Positions 1 to 12,737 of a DNA stretch of 64,000 bases are shown here, piece by piece. The notes beneath the pieces were generated by a model. That model did no database searches and was not told the origin of the DNA. It worked only from the letters and a program-made list of their open reading frames with translations. Origin of the DNA: the human T2T-CHM13v2.0 reference genome, Homo sapiens; the NCBI RefSeq assembly GCF_009914755.1, contig NC_060940.1; one strand, written 5' to 3'. Position numbers and translations under genes: made by a program. Within the stretch, counting starts at the first letter, position 1. Each line of letters starts with the position of its first letter.

Positions 1-1197
1 AAGGGAAGCCGTGACAGACTGCACCTGGAAAATCAGGACACTCCCGCCCAAATAGTGCGCTTTTCCAACGGTCTTAGCTAACGACACACCAGGAGATTAT
101 ATCCCGGGCCTGGCTCGGAGGGTCTCATGCCCACGGAGCCTTGCTCACTGCTAGCACAGCAGTCTGAGATCCACCTGCGAGGTGGCAGCCTGCCTGGGGA
201 GGGGCGTCCGCCATTGCTGAGGCTTGAGTAGGTAAACAAAGCGGCAGGGAAGCTCGAACCGGGCAGAGCCCACCGCAGCTCTGCAAAGCCTGCTGCCTCT
301 GTAGACCCCACCTCTAGGAGCAGGGAATAGCTGAACAAAAGGCAGCAGAAACTTCGGCAGACTTAAACGTCCCCGTCTGACAGCTCTGAAGAGAGCAGTG
401 GTTCTCCCGGCACAGTGTTTGAGCTCTGAGAACGGACACATTGCCTCCTCAAGTGGGTCCCTGACCCCCGTGTAGCCTAACTGGGAGATACTTCCCAGTA
501 GGGGCCCACTGACACCTCATACAGGCAGGTGCCCCTCTGGGACAAAGCTTCCAGAAGAAGGATCAGGCAGCAATATTTACTATTCTGCAATAGTTGCTGT
601 TCTGCAGCCTCCACTGGTGATACCCAGGCAAACAGGGTCTGGAGTGGACCTTCAGCAAACTCCAACAGACCTGCAGCTGAGGGACCTGACTCTTATAAGG
701 AAAATTAACAAACAGAAAGGAATAGCATCAACATCAACAAAAAGGACATCTACGCCAAAACCCCATCTTTAGGCCACCAGCATCAAAGACCAAAGGCAGA
801 TAAAACCACAAAGATGGGGAGAAACCAGAGCAGAAAAGCTGAAAATTCTAAAAACCAGAGCACCTCTTCTCCTCCAAAGGATCGCAGCTCCTCGCCAGCA
901 AGGGAACAAAGCTGGACAGAGAATGACTCTGACGAGCTGACAGAAGTAGGCTTCAGAAAGTCGGTAATAACCAACTTCTCCGAACTAGAGGAAGATGTTT
1001 GAATCCATGGTAAGGAAGCTAAAAACCTTGAAAAAAGATGAGACGAATGGCTAACTAGAATCAACAGTGTAGAGAAGACCTTAGATGACCTGATGGAGCT
1101 GAAAACCATGGCACCAGAACTACGTGACGCATGCACAAGCTTCAGTAGCCGATTCGATCTAGTGGAAGAAAGGGTATCAGTGATTGAAGATCAAATT
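1..1197 (+). mobile_element. L1PA-family LINE-1 5' fragment (5' UTR plus start of ORF1, disrupted) in GALNS intron 1
   Basis: Typical L1PA 5' UTR sequence. ORF1 start MGRNQSRKAENSKNQSTSSPPKDRSSSPA at 814, premature TGA at 1000-1002. L1 homology stops abruptly at ~1197. Confidence 0.92.
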
Positions 1198-1737
<540 letters not shown>

Positions 1738-3439
1738 TCAGAATTTCAGAGTTTTAAGAAACGCAGTTTCCATTCCTACTGGTTGCTATGGGATTATTAT
1801 GAAGACGAGCAGGCCAGTGCTTGTCTGTTTCAAACGAGGGGCACTGAGCAACCCTCCCCGGACTCTGGTGGCTCGACGAGGCTGCTGTGGCAACAGGAGC
1901 TGGCCTGGGTGGCCCTGACTCTCCACTTCCTCTGTGGTCAGGGCTGACCCTCCTTAACCCTATTTTCCAAATAAGGAGTGGAGACACAGAGTGCTGCTCG
2001 CCCTGGGAGGCAGGAGCTGTGTGTGGGCCAGAGTGGAACTTGTCACTGGGTCTCACCTGTCTCCAAGGCCCCAGAAGCCCTGGAGAGCAGAGTGGGCCAC
2101 GCAGGTTTCCTCACTCACGCAGCAGGTGCCCAGGGTACTACGAAGCCAGGCCGCGCTGGACCGTGGGTCAGTGAAAGGCCAGGGCAGGGCAGCCCTGGGG
2201 AGTGCAGGTAGACCCGTCCTTGCCCGGCTCAGCTCCCCCTGGACAGGTGGGGGCTCTTGCCAGCTGCTCTCACCCCTGAGTCCCAGCTTCCCCTTCTGGT
2301 CCCGACTCTGGGGGCAATGGTTCTCTCCCGGGTCAGTGTGACCAGTTGGAGAGTGGCTTCTGGCCATGAGGGGTGCAATAAGCTAGTTTTGGGGACAACC
2401 CTTTTCTGAAACTGCACTTGCTTAGACGAAAGGGGGGCCCAGGCCCCCCACTGCCCAGCCACAGAGGACTGGATAGGGGGAGACTGGGCTGGAGGCAGCC
2501 GGTCCCTGGAGGGCCATGCTCCAAAATCTGAACTTGAGACATGCACACTCGTCCTCAAGTGGTGCTGGGCCCAGAGCTGTGGGTCATCAAGCCATCCCAT
2601 GTCATGCCAGAGGCCGAATGACCTGTTGCAGGTTCAGACGCCAGCGCCCTGGCAGAAACAACCGGTCTGCAGTGCAGGAAGAGGTGTGGACAGGGCTGCG
2701 GAGGAAGCCCCGGACTCCAAGGAGAGAAGACAGCCTGTGAGGACCCCCTTGCACCCTGGGCCACGTCAGGGCACCTCGGGGCTCCACTGTGAGCTTCTGT
2801 GGCTCTCACCTGCCAGCATCCCTGCCCTGTCCTGGCAGCTGCACCATGGGCCCTTCAGGGAACCCCCTCTCTGCTGGGTCCAGGCAGATGAGATGATCAG
2901 GGGCAGTCTCCCTTCTGGGGTAGGCCCGAGGCTCCGAGACCTGGGCTGGACAGGTCAGCATGTGCCCCTCCCCCAGTGTGCTTGGCGCAGGGCTGAGACC
3001 CACATCAGGCTAACATGACACGGGCAGAGCCAACCTCCCACTGGGTCTGCTGACTGCAGGGGTGACTTGGAGTCACCTAGGACCATCACAGGCTGAGTGA
3101 GGATGTGGCCAGTTCAGAGGCAGCAGAGCCACGAAAGGGGAAACTCGCCAGGCGGCCCTGGTCTGTCGACTCAGGAGGGCCAGGGAATCCCCACTGTTGC
3201 TTGTCACTTTGACTTCATCTTCTGCTGTCTGCATCAGAAAGTCCTTACAAGTACACCTACCGGCCAGGACACAGCTCCTCTGGGGTTCTTTAGGCGTCAG
3301 CTGCCAAACGACCCCACAAGCCACACAGTGGAGGCCACAGAACAGGTGCCCAGGTGGGCGGGGCTTCCTGTCACCCTCCCCCACATGTGCCCCGGTGGCC
3401 ACACCCCACCCCTCCACCCTGCACGGCCTGAACCCTTGC

Positions 3440-4200
3440 TGTCCTATGGAAACGTAGGGTGAGTCCACATGCAATTCCCTATTTACCGGGAGCCACATTA
3501 GAAAAGCAGAAGTAGGTGAAATACAGACTAACTTTATATTTTATTTAACCCAACATAACCAAAATATTATTTCGACAAGTCTTCAACATAAAAAATTATT
3601 CATGAGCTGCCCCGCCTCACCCCTCTGTCCTCTGAGAAAGTCAGGAAAAGCAGAAACTTAACAGGGAGGCTTCACCTGCAGAGCCCAGCTCATCCAGCGA
3701 AGCTATGCTGGCCCAGAAGGAGTTACACAATGAAAAGAAGAAATTCTGAAACAAAGTATCTACACTGGCCCAGAGGAACTTCAAAAGTGAAAGGATGAAA
3801 TTCTGAAGCAAAGTATCTTTAGGAGGGAGATGCCACTCAGTGCAGAGAAAGGCCCGGCTACTGCTGTCAGGACACGGACCCCTGGGCGCTGGAGAGCGTG
3901 CTCTGGAAAGCAGTCACTGCACACAAATAAGACATATGAGATGGAAAAGCAGCTGCCCAGGACTGTCGGCTGTCACCCCTGGGTGGGGAAATTATGGGTG
4001 GTGTCTGTTATCTTTTCAAGTATATCTTTATGTTAAAAAACCATTAATTTAATAAAATTGTTAAGTGAGATATTTTACATTATTTTTCTTTCACCAAGTC
4101 TTCTAAATCTGTGTATTTTACACTACCAGCACCTTCCAATTCCGACAGCCACGACTGCCCAGCCCTTGGGTGTGGCCCGTGGCCCCCACTGGTCAGCACA
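3440..4200 (+). mobile_element. MER33/MER3-like hAT DNA transposon split in two (~3440-3606 and ~4052-4200)
   Basis: AT-rich blocks TTTTATTTAACCCAA...AAATATTATTT and GAGATATTTTACATT...TGTGTATTTTACAC resemble consecutive parts of the MER33 consensus as I remember it; boundaries approximate. Confidence 0.6.
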
Positions 4201-5043
4201 GGTGGGTCTGAAGGCACCTGTCAGGGTCTCTGCTGGTCGGAGCCAGCACACAGGGGCTGAGCGACACCGACGGCCCAAAACTGTCTGGTACTCGGTGTCG
4301 TCCCAGTCCTCACACACAACGTGAGCACGGCGGGACAGGTGTAACCCCCCAGGTGTGGCAGCTGAGGTTCAAGAATGGAAGTGACCCCCAAGCTTGGAGA
4401 CAGTAGGGTTTCAACCCAGGTGTGTCTGGGGTCCTGCACGGTGACCCATGCCCCAGGCAGGCTCATTCCTGAGTCTCCAGGTGGCTCCCACAAGGAGTTA
4501 GGGAAGGAGGCCTCCAGGCTGGCTGTGACCCCTGACCCCGCACTTGCCCACCAGGAGACATTCCAGCCTTTCAGTTCTTCAGACCTTAGGGACACCTGAC
4601 CTTCGCTCAGCATTCTCCAGAGGACAGAGACAGCCGTCAGGTAAGACTGGAGCCCAGCGGGGGGACCCGGCGGCCCGAGGTGGCGGGAGTGATTCCTAGG
4701 GCGACGCAGCTCTCAGGCAGGGCGGCAGGAGCAGCCTCTTCCTCCCTTTGGGGAGGCCACGCTGCGCGCCCACCTTTCCCAAGAGTAGAGGGCGGGAAAG
4801 GTCAGACGGGGGAGGCAGGGCCCGGTAGCACGCCGGCCACCCACCTGCCAGGGAGGACGCTGTCCCGGTCATGCAGCACAGTGGCAGCGCGTGTGGTGAT
4901 CGGTGACCGCCGAGACCCCACGCCTGGACCCCGCGGCCACTCCCCGAGGGGCCTCCCCCTCCCCGCACGGGGATACCCCCCGTCCCCTCCCCCTCCTCCT
5001 CCCCGCGCGGGGCCTCCCCCCTTCCCCAAGGGGCCTCCCCTCA

Positions 5044-5544
<501 letters not shown>

Positions 5545-5577
5545 ATGGCGGTGTGCATCGCGGTGATTGCCAAGGAG
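5545..5577 (+). CDS. TRAPPC2L: TRAPP complex subunit 2-like, coding exon 1
   Basis: MAVCIAVIAKE; donor GAG|GTGCGT. Confidence 0.96.
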
Positions 5578-7012
5578 GTGCGTACGCGCGGCGTGGGGCG
5601 TCCGGGCTCGCACCATCCTCGGCTCTCCGCTTTCTTTCTACTTCTTCCCTGGGCTTAGAAGGCACCTTAGGAAATGGGACCTGGAGGAGGCCTTCGCCGA
5701 GCTCCAGCGGTCAGGGGCTTCGCGGTGGACGAGCCGCCAGGCAGACCCTGACTGAGACCCCAGTTCCGCGCTCGCCCGTCCCGCTGCTGAACGCACCCCT
5801 CGGCGCAGCAGGTCTCCTCCCCGCCAGGACCCACCAGAAACCTAGGTGGTCCCGGGCACTACCTCCGTCCTCCGTCCTCAGCAGGTTCTGCCCGTTCTCC
5901 CGTCCAGCGCTGGTTCCCCGCGGACGGCGGCCCCGGCCCTCCTGCCAGTCTCCCCGGAGCCGAGTTAAAAACAAATCGGATCCTGTCACGCCTCTGCCTG
6001 AGACCTCTGCAGTGGCTTCTCGTTGCCTTAGGATGCTGTCTGAATAACCTGCTCTGGGATCCTTTCCCCCCATAACCCTTGGCACTCTCCGCTCCAACCA
6101 AACAATTCTGCAGCTCCCTGGACATGCTCTGCCCTCTCACCTCTGGGCCTTTGCACGCGGAACACCTCTCCCCAGCTCCCATCCTCTTTACTGGCCCACA
6201 TACATTTCAACTGGAAAGCATTTTCTGAAGGCTAAGACTGAGCTGGGTGGCTGCCCACACGCTCCTGCTGCACGGAGCCTTCATTTCCTAGCCAGGGTCT
6301 CCCGAGACCAGACTCGAGACCGCTCCCTGCTGGGCGGTGGCTGCTGCTAAGCTGCTCATGGGCTTCCCTCTTGGCCAAGATGATCATTTGCTTGTTTGTG
6401 GGTTTATTGACTAGGTATCACTCCCCACGAGGGTAGCGAGGACTCTTGTTCACTGTATTTCTGCAGGACCCAGTGCTGAACACACACAGGGTAAATGGTG
6501 GTGTGTGAAAGACCGAGAAAGAAGCTGTTAATTCTGGGCTTCCAATGGTCAGAAATGCAGAGATGAAGGGAATTTGAGCTGAGTCTTGAAGGGTTTAGTA
6601 AAAGGGTCACTGTCAAGGTGAAGAAAAGCCAGTATTGAGGGTGCTGTATTTGGGTGAGCCATGCAGAGTTAGAGGTGGGCTGAGGCAGAGTGGCCTCCAG
6701 GAGAAGGTGAGAGGCGTGCCCAGGTGCCAGGCTTGATCGGCAGGCTGTGCTCAGGCCCATTTTTCTGATTCATTTTTTCTTTTCCGCCCACCCTACTGCT
6801 GCTGCTTTGCAAACAACACATAAATCTCCTTAGGTTAGCTGGGATCCCCTGAAGGCAGTGCCCACTGCGGCATAGAGAATGAAGCGGTGGGCCTTAGAGC
6901 ATGGGAATGCGTTCCCCGGGTGGCTGCAGGTCACGGCTCTGCAGCATAGTTCAGAGCTGGTGTGCGCTGGGTGGAGTCTTGTCCTTTCAGTCGCCGTCAT
7001 CCTTTCTTGCAG

Positions 7013-7185
7013 AATTACCCCCTCTACATTCGCAGCACCCCTACGGAGAACGAGCTGAAGTTCCACTACATGGTGCACACATCTCTGGACGTGGTGGATG
7101 AGAAGATCTCCGCAATGGGGAAGGCCCTGGTCGACCAGAGGGAGCTGTACCTGGGCCTGCTCTACCCCACGGAGGACTACAAGGT
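7013..7185 (+). CDS. TRAPPC2L: TRAPPC2L exon 2
   Basis: [19 protein letters not shown]...YPTEDYK(V) (sedlin/longin family); acceptor TTGCAG; ends GT|GTATCTTT. Confidence 0.95.
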
Positions 7186-8056
7186 GTATCTTTCAGGGCA
7201 GGGTGTGTGTCAGGGAGGACCTACAGTTGCAAGATGTACTTTAGGATCAGATAACTTGAAACCTTTTAGAAGAAAAAGAGGTGAGAGTTTTTAGCCAGCC
7301 AGGGAATTAGGGTAGCTTGAGGTGAATGAAGGCCTGTAACTCTTCTCTTTCATTGGAAGAGCCATTTGGGAAAAGCAAGGCTAGAATTCCCCGTAGAATG
7401 TTTTGGTTTGCACGTGTCCGTTGTCTGGTTTGCAGAGGAAGTGGGACACTTCTGCTTTGTACCTGCAAGGATTTCTTTCTGTGCTTTTCAGGGGGAGCCA
7501 CCACCTTTGAGCAGGGGATAATAGTTTCATTTATTTCATTAGGCCTTGCCTCTTATGTCACTAGACACTCGTCTAGTCCCTTGGGACAAATCACTTGAGG
7601 CCATGGAATTCAAAGACCTTCCCAAAAGTCATCATGTAGCCTGTCCATGGTGACATTTGCTAGTAGCCACTATTTTACAAAATAATGTGGCCTCTAGAGA
7701 GGGGATCCGCCTTGTTCACGAAGCCTCTGGTTTTGCAGTTAACTTTCCGGGCCAGGCATTGATTCATGAAGAGGGTGAGGTGTTCCAGACAGACAGACTC
7801 GGAGTCTAGGTGGTTCGGCTCCTGGAGTGTGAACTGGGTAAGGCTTGGCTGCCTGCTCTTCGCTTCTCCTGCAAACACCAGACGTCGCCCTAGCAAAGTA
7901 TTTAGGCTTGTACCCAGCACGGCCACTGCAGGACCAGCCCAGCATGGGCATTTCCTGTGATTCAAGGTTGCCACATTTCTCCAAAGTGAGGGCCCACAGA
8001 GGGCCCTCCACCGGCAGTCCCTGTGTTACGAGTGCCTTCCCTAACCAGCTGTGCAG
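7186..8056 (+). other. TRAPPC2L: U12-type (minor spliceosome) GT-AG intron 2 of TRAPPC2L
   Basis: 5' site GTATCTTT; branch site TTCCCTAAC at 8037-8045, 11 nt before the exon; no polypyrimidine tract. Confidence 0.85.
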
Positions 8057-8144
8057 ATACGGCTACGTCACCAACTCCAAGGTGAAGTTTGTCATGGTGG
8101 TAGATTCCTCCAACACAGCCCTTCGAGACAACGAAATTCGCAGC
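8057..8144 (+). CDS. TRAPPC2L: TRAPPC2L exon 3
   Basis: [29 protein letters not shown]; donor AGC|GTAAGT. Confidence 0.95.
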
Positions 8145-8286
8145 GTAAGTCAGGGAGTTAGAGGGCCACGCCCGAGTGGGTGTTTTGTTTTTCCTTTTTG
8201 ACTTTGTTTTGAAATGCTGAGAAACTAAAAATCTGGCAGTGGCTGTGTGTATGTGGCAAGGTCATGGTTTGCTGGGTCTTTTTCAG

Positions 8287-8366
8287 ATGTTCCGGAAGCT
8301 ACACAACTCCTACACAGACGTGATGTGCAACCCCTTCTACAACCCGGGGGACCGCATCCAGTCCAG
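8287..8366 (+). CDS. TRAPPC2L: TRAPPC2L exon 4
   Basis: [26 protein letters not shown] (sedlin NPFY motif); acceptor TTTCAG; donor AG|GTGGGC. Confidence 0.95.
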
Positions 8367-9304
8367 GTGGGCCCTACTTTCTGTGTCTTGCCACCTTCTT
8401 TCTGTAGGACATGCCTTGCCATTTTGGTTGCCAAAATGCAACCATTTGGAAAATAAGGGAGGAAAGATCTTTTTAAGCTATGAGCACCATCCCCCTAGGG
8501 CAGAGGTTTTAAAGCCACAAAGCCCCGTTTCTCCACACCAACTCTTACACAGATCTCCAGCGCATAAAGTGGATAGAGTGTGTGTGGTGTGGGGAGTAGA
8601 GCTTGCCCATTTGGCTTCCCAGGTGTGCCCAGTGGGTACCTGGGGCACCTGCAGGACTCAGGGCCAAGCACATGGGCAGTGGCTTTCAGGGATCACACGT
8701 CCTTTTGTAGCTACCTGATCTTTTATGTTGAATTTGGAACAGTCAGGAACCTGGTTTGCAGGTGTCTTCCGAATAGTCCACAAAGTAAACAGATTTAACT
8801 TTTGAACATCATGAGGGAAATGTGGGGTCCATGCCCACATTCCAGACTTGCTTTCAGTGAGTCCCCAGTTCCAAGACATAATTCCCTGTGGTTGGCAGGG
8901 AAGAGGACGCTGCAGTGATCCAAGGCAGGCCCCTCCCTCCACCAGGACACTGTCTTGGGGCCATCCTGGTCCCAGATGGGAGCAGGCAGGCGAATGTCCA
9001 CAGTCTTGCCTCCTGGGCTGCACAGGGCCATCCTTGCCACACCACCGCTCTGCCTGCCCATGCTGCTCCCTCCTCCACCCCTTCCTGGGGCCTTGGGAGG
9101 CTGCACAGGGAACTTGGAGGCAGCAGATGGGTTCTCAGTGCCCGGTGGGGTGGGACTCCTGTCCTGGCCTCTCAGCGGAGTTCACATTTCTGGACCCTGG
9201 AGAAGGTCCCGAGCATCCTGTGGATGGAGCCATGCTGCCCGGCCCGTCTCTGAGCAGAGGGGTGGAGGGCCTGGCTCTCCTCTGAGTGGGTCTGTTTCTC
9301 TTAG

Positions 9305-9353
9305 CAGGGCCTTTGATAACATGGTGACGTCGATGATGATACAGGTGTGCTGA
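9305..9353 (+). CDS. TRAPPC2L: TRAPPC2L last coding exon (alternative start 9308)
   Basis: (S)RAFDNMVTSMMIQVC*; TAGCAG tandem acceptor; spliced CDS 423 nt = 140 aa. Confidence 0.93.
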
Positions 9354-11046
9354 GTGAGCTGTGCTGCCAGCCATCGCAGAGGAGCCCGCGCACGACTGTG
9401 GTGGGGCCGTCGGTCTGTTCTGGTTGCCTCTTCCTGAATGGGACGCCTGGGGCTTTCAGGGCAGGCAGCTGTGCATGTTCTCTCAACTAAAGGTCTTGTG
9501 AGAGGAGATTTGGCTTTTTCCTTCCGTGTCAGCCAAGGATTTAATTAAGAAGAATTCAACTAAGGACTTTTCTGGGGTGTGGGCAGAGGTTTGGGATCAG
9601 ATGGCGCAGGTAGCCTGTCCTCAGTTGTCCCAAAGGGGCAGAGGCAGGGGTGCCTGGAGCCAAGAGTTCCTGAGCCTGCAGGACCTGTGACCATGTGGGT
9701 CACCCACTGGCTGAACAGGTGGGCTGGTCTGGAGGGGGTGGCCTCCTGAGCCCAGAACCAGCCTAGGATCTAGGGGCACAAGGGGAGCCGGCGTGGCTTC
9801 CCACAGGGGAGGGCCCTCCTCTTTCTGGACTTGGCCTCCATTCTTTGCATCTGGCTCAATGTCTGGATTCCGCCCGGCCTTAAAAGGAGCCCTTGTGAAA
9901 CCTGGGAAGCCTCGTGGCCCCGCGGCGTTGGCTCAGCTGCAGCCCTGGTCCTAAACCTTGGAGCGCAGACTTGAGGCACCCCCTCCTGCCTGTTGGTGCT
10001 GAGGGGGTTGGGTGCTGTGTCACTTGATGACGTGGCTGACTACCACCCAGGGCAGCGGCCGAGCCCATAGTGGCGTCAGTGCCGCCGGCGTCCTTGGGGT
10101 CCAGCGGTCAAGGCTCAGCCCGCTGAGGGGACCCCCCCGGAGTTGGTTCCAGCACTGGTCCAGGACTGGAGAGTTTCTCAAGGACCTTGAGGACCCCAGA
10201 AGCCCTTGCAGCAGGAAAGGCTGTAAGGGGGGGTCAGCCTAGGGCAGGACCTAGGGAGGGGAACTTTCTTGATACATATTTGCCTTTTCATCCCATCTAG
10301 CAAGCACAGTGTTAATTTTAGAAATTATAGAAGAAAAAATCAGCAAGGAGTGTGGGAAAACTGCATGCCCCAGGCCTCCCCCGCCCCAGGGTGAATTGGA
10401 AGCCCTGGAATGGGCCGAGGCACACCAGGCAGCTGATCTGGGTGCATGTGGGCCACAGACCACTCTCACAAGGTTAAATCTTTAACAAGAGCCTCATGTT
10501 TGTTAGGAGAAGGTGGGACCCCAGCCCAAGCACTTCCCCATTGCAGCCTGGCATGAAATCTTTGCCTTTTAGTGGGGATCACTCCTGCCCGAGTCCTGGC
10601 TGTGGTGGGGACTCTGCAAGTTGCTAACCCAGCGTCCATTCTCTTTCCTCCGTACTAACAGAACCCCGGTGCCTCTGCCCAGTTCCAATAGCGGGCAGAC
10701 GAGAGCCATGTCCTGGGCTCCCTTGCAGCCCGGGGTGTGCAGCTGTGGCGTGGAGGTGGGTGGTGCTGGGAGAGACTTGCAGGGAAGCTCCTGTGAAGGG
10801 GACTCAGCTGCCACATGCAGGACCCTTCCCCTTTGCCTTCTTCCTGCCTGGAACATGGATGTGATGGCTGGTGCTGGGACAGCTGTCCTGAGAGCGTGAG
10901 GAAAGGGTCACACCCTAAGGACAGTGGAGCAGAACACAGGAAGGACCCTGGGCCTTTGCTGACGCAGAACGCGGGAAGGACCCTGGGCCTTTGCTGACAT
11001 ACCAGCCCCAGACTACTTAAATTCAGCTTTTTTTTTAATGTGAGAA

Positions 11047-11052
11047 AATAAA
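11047..11052 (+). terminator. Candidate polyadenylation signal of a long TRAPPC2L 3' UTR
   Basis: AATAAA with an upstream T run and downstream GT/T-rich sequence (TTTTTGGGTTTTCTGTT). Confidence 0.6.
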
Positions 11053-11713
11053 TGCACCCCTCTCTGGTTTAAGCCACTGATTTTTGGGTTTTCTGTTAGG
11101 TGCAGCCAGACCCACCTGTAAGTACTTTTTACATGAGGGCGTTTTCACAAGCCTTGTTAGGCAGCATCCCCATTTTAAGCCCAAGGAAACAGCGCCTGAT
11201 GAGGCGCTGTTAGTCGTGGAATGCTGGAGTCAGGTGTGTGCACATAAGCAGCCTTGGGCTTCTGCGGCCGTGCATGCAGCCAGGGAGCCCGACTGGCTGT
11301 GCTTTCAGAGGGGACAGTCGTCAAAGTGCCCAGGACAGAGACCTCCACTTCTGCTTCCTGAGCTTCTGACAAGGGCCAGCGTCCCGGGTGTCTGTGTCAC
11401 TTGGTGGGGGACATGTGGCAGGGTTACGAGGTGTGGGGGCACCTTGACAGGCAGTTGCAGCCCACCAGGCTGGCAGTGGCATTGACACCGCCTCAGCCTG
11501 TGCACGCTGCCCGCTTGCTGTCAGTCGCGAGGGGTCTGGAGCCCTGTCCTCATCCCACAGCCACGGCTCGCCAGCCGCCTTCTGTGTCCCGTCCCACGGG
11601 GAGACGCGGAGGGAACCGCGCGCCCCGTCCCAGGGAGAGATGCAAAGGGAACTGTGTCCATGGGGGGAATGCACAGGAGTGCTGCTGCCATTTGCTTTTA
11701 AAAAGAGCCCAAG

Positions 11714-11760
11714 TTTAATAATTTATGCTTCACCATTAAGACACACGTTTCTATTTTTCT
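11714..11760 (-). terminator. Candidate PABPN1L 3'-end region
   Basis: AT-rich island ~350-400 nt after the stop, carrying minus-strand AATAGA, CATAAA and ATTAAA (11714-11719) hexamers. Confidence 0.45.
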
Positions 11761-12113
11761 TAAAATGACTTAGTTGAAGAGCTGAGCATGCCAACCCCAA
11801 GCTGGCCTGGCACTGCCTGGGACTCTGCTCCTCCCCTCCCTCAACACCCAGAGCCCCGCAGATCCCCGTGGGGCCCATGCCAGGCTCACCACCGGGCCGT
11901 GGCTGTGACTCGTGGCTGTGGCCTTGGGTCTGGACCACCATACAAGGCCCTACTGGGCCATCCCCCCGCCAAGAGGGGGCCAGTGGCTGCTCTGGACACC
12001 CCTCTCCTCTGGCCTCGCCCCCGCGCCACTCCCTGCCCCAGCCCCAGGATGGAGCACAAGTGGTTTACTCCTGATCCAGGCCCCAGCCCCTCTCTCAAAA
12101 TCGGGTCTTCCCT

Positions 12114-12153
12114 TTAATACGGTGAAAACCATGGTGAGAATTTTCCACGGGCC
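12114..12153 (-). CDS. PABPN1L: Embryonic poly(A)-binding protein 2, last coding exon 7
   Basis: (R)ARGKFSPWFSPY*, a PABPN1-like C-terminus; acceptor GTGCAG; spliced CDS 837 nt = 278 aa. Confidence 0.92.
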
Positions 12154-12594
12154 CTGCACGGAGAGAGAACACACACTGAGTGGCCTTCCAGAGGAGAAGG
12201 GGTGGTGGCCCAGGGCCCCGGGGGACAACAGGATAAGGATGCAGGGAGGTCACCTGGCTGCTCAGGCAATGCCCCAGGGGCCTTTCTGGTGACTCCCAGC
12301 TGCTCTCTTGGGAGGGTCCCACGAAAAGGAAAGGCAGTGCCAGGAGAGCCCCTTGGGGCAGCTGTAGCCCACCCTGGGGCCTTTGTGGGAACAAGAAGGG
12401 GTCACCTCTCCCAGCAGAGAGGCTACAAAAAGCGCCCCCCCCACCAGCTGATGCAGCAGCCACAGCCCTCACCCAGGCCCCGCCAGGTACATTCCTGCAG
12501 CCCCATGAGGAACGAGCTCAGGGACCCCCTCCTGCCCCTGATGCCCTCCACCATGGCCCTCGCCCCCAGGCTGCCCCCACAGGCACCCACTCAC

Positions 12595-12737
12595 CGGTTC
12601 TGCCCTTGTGGTCTGAGCCGGGGCCTGCCCTGGAGGCCGCTGTGGGGGAAGGGTGCCCCCCTGGAGCCTGGGTGTCCTCGAAGGCCCCCGCGGTCTGTGG
12701 AGCTGATCCCAGGGAAGTTGGTTCTTTTCGGCAGCAC
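12595..12737 (-). CDS. PABPN1L: PABPN1L exon 6 (acceptor is non-canonical in this sequence)
   Basis: VLPKRTNFPGISSTDRGG...QGQNR matches the PABPN1 KVIPKRTNRPGISTTDRG segment; donor CG|GTGAGT; preceded by TTGCTCCAC rather than CAG. Confidence 0.8.

Noticed and set aside
814-1002. 62-aa ORF
   Set aside because: L1 ORF1 N-terminus ended by a premature stop; not a host gene
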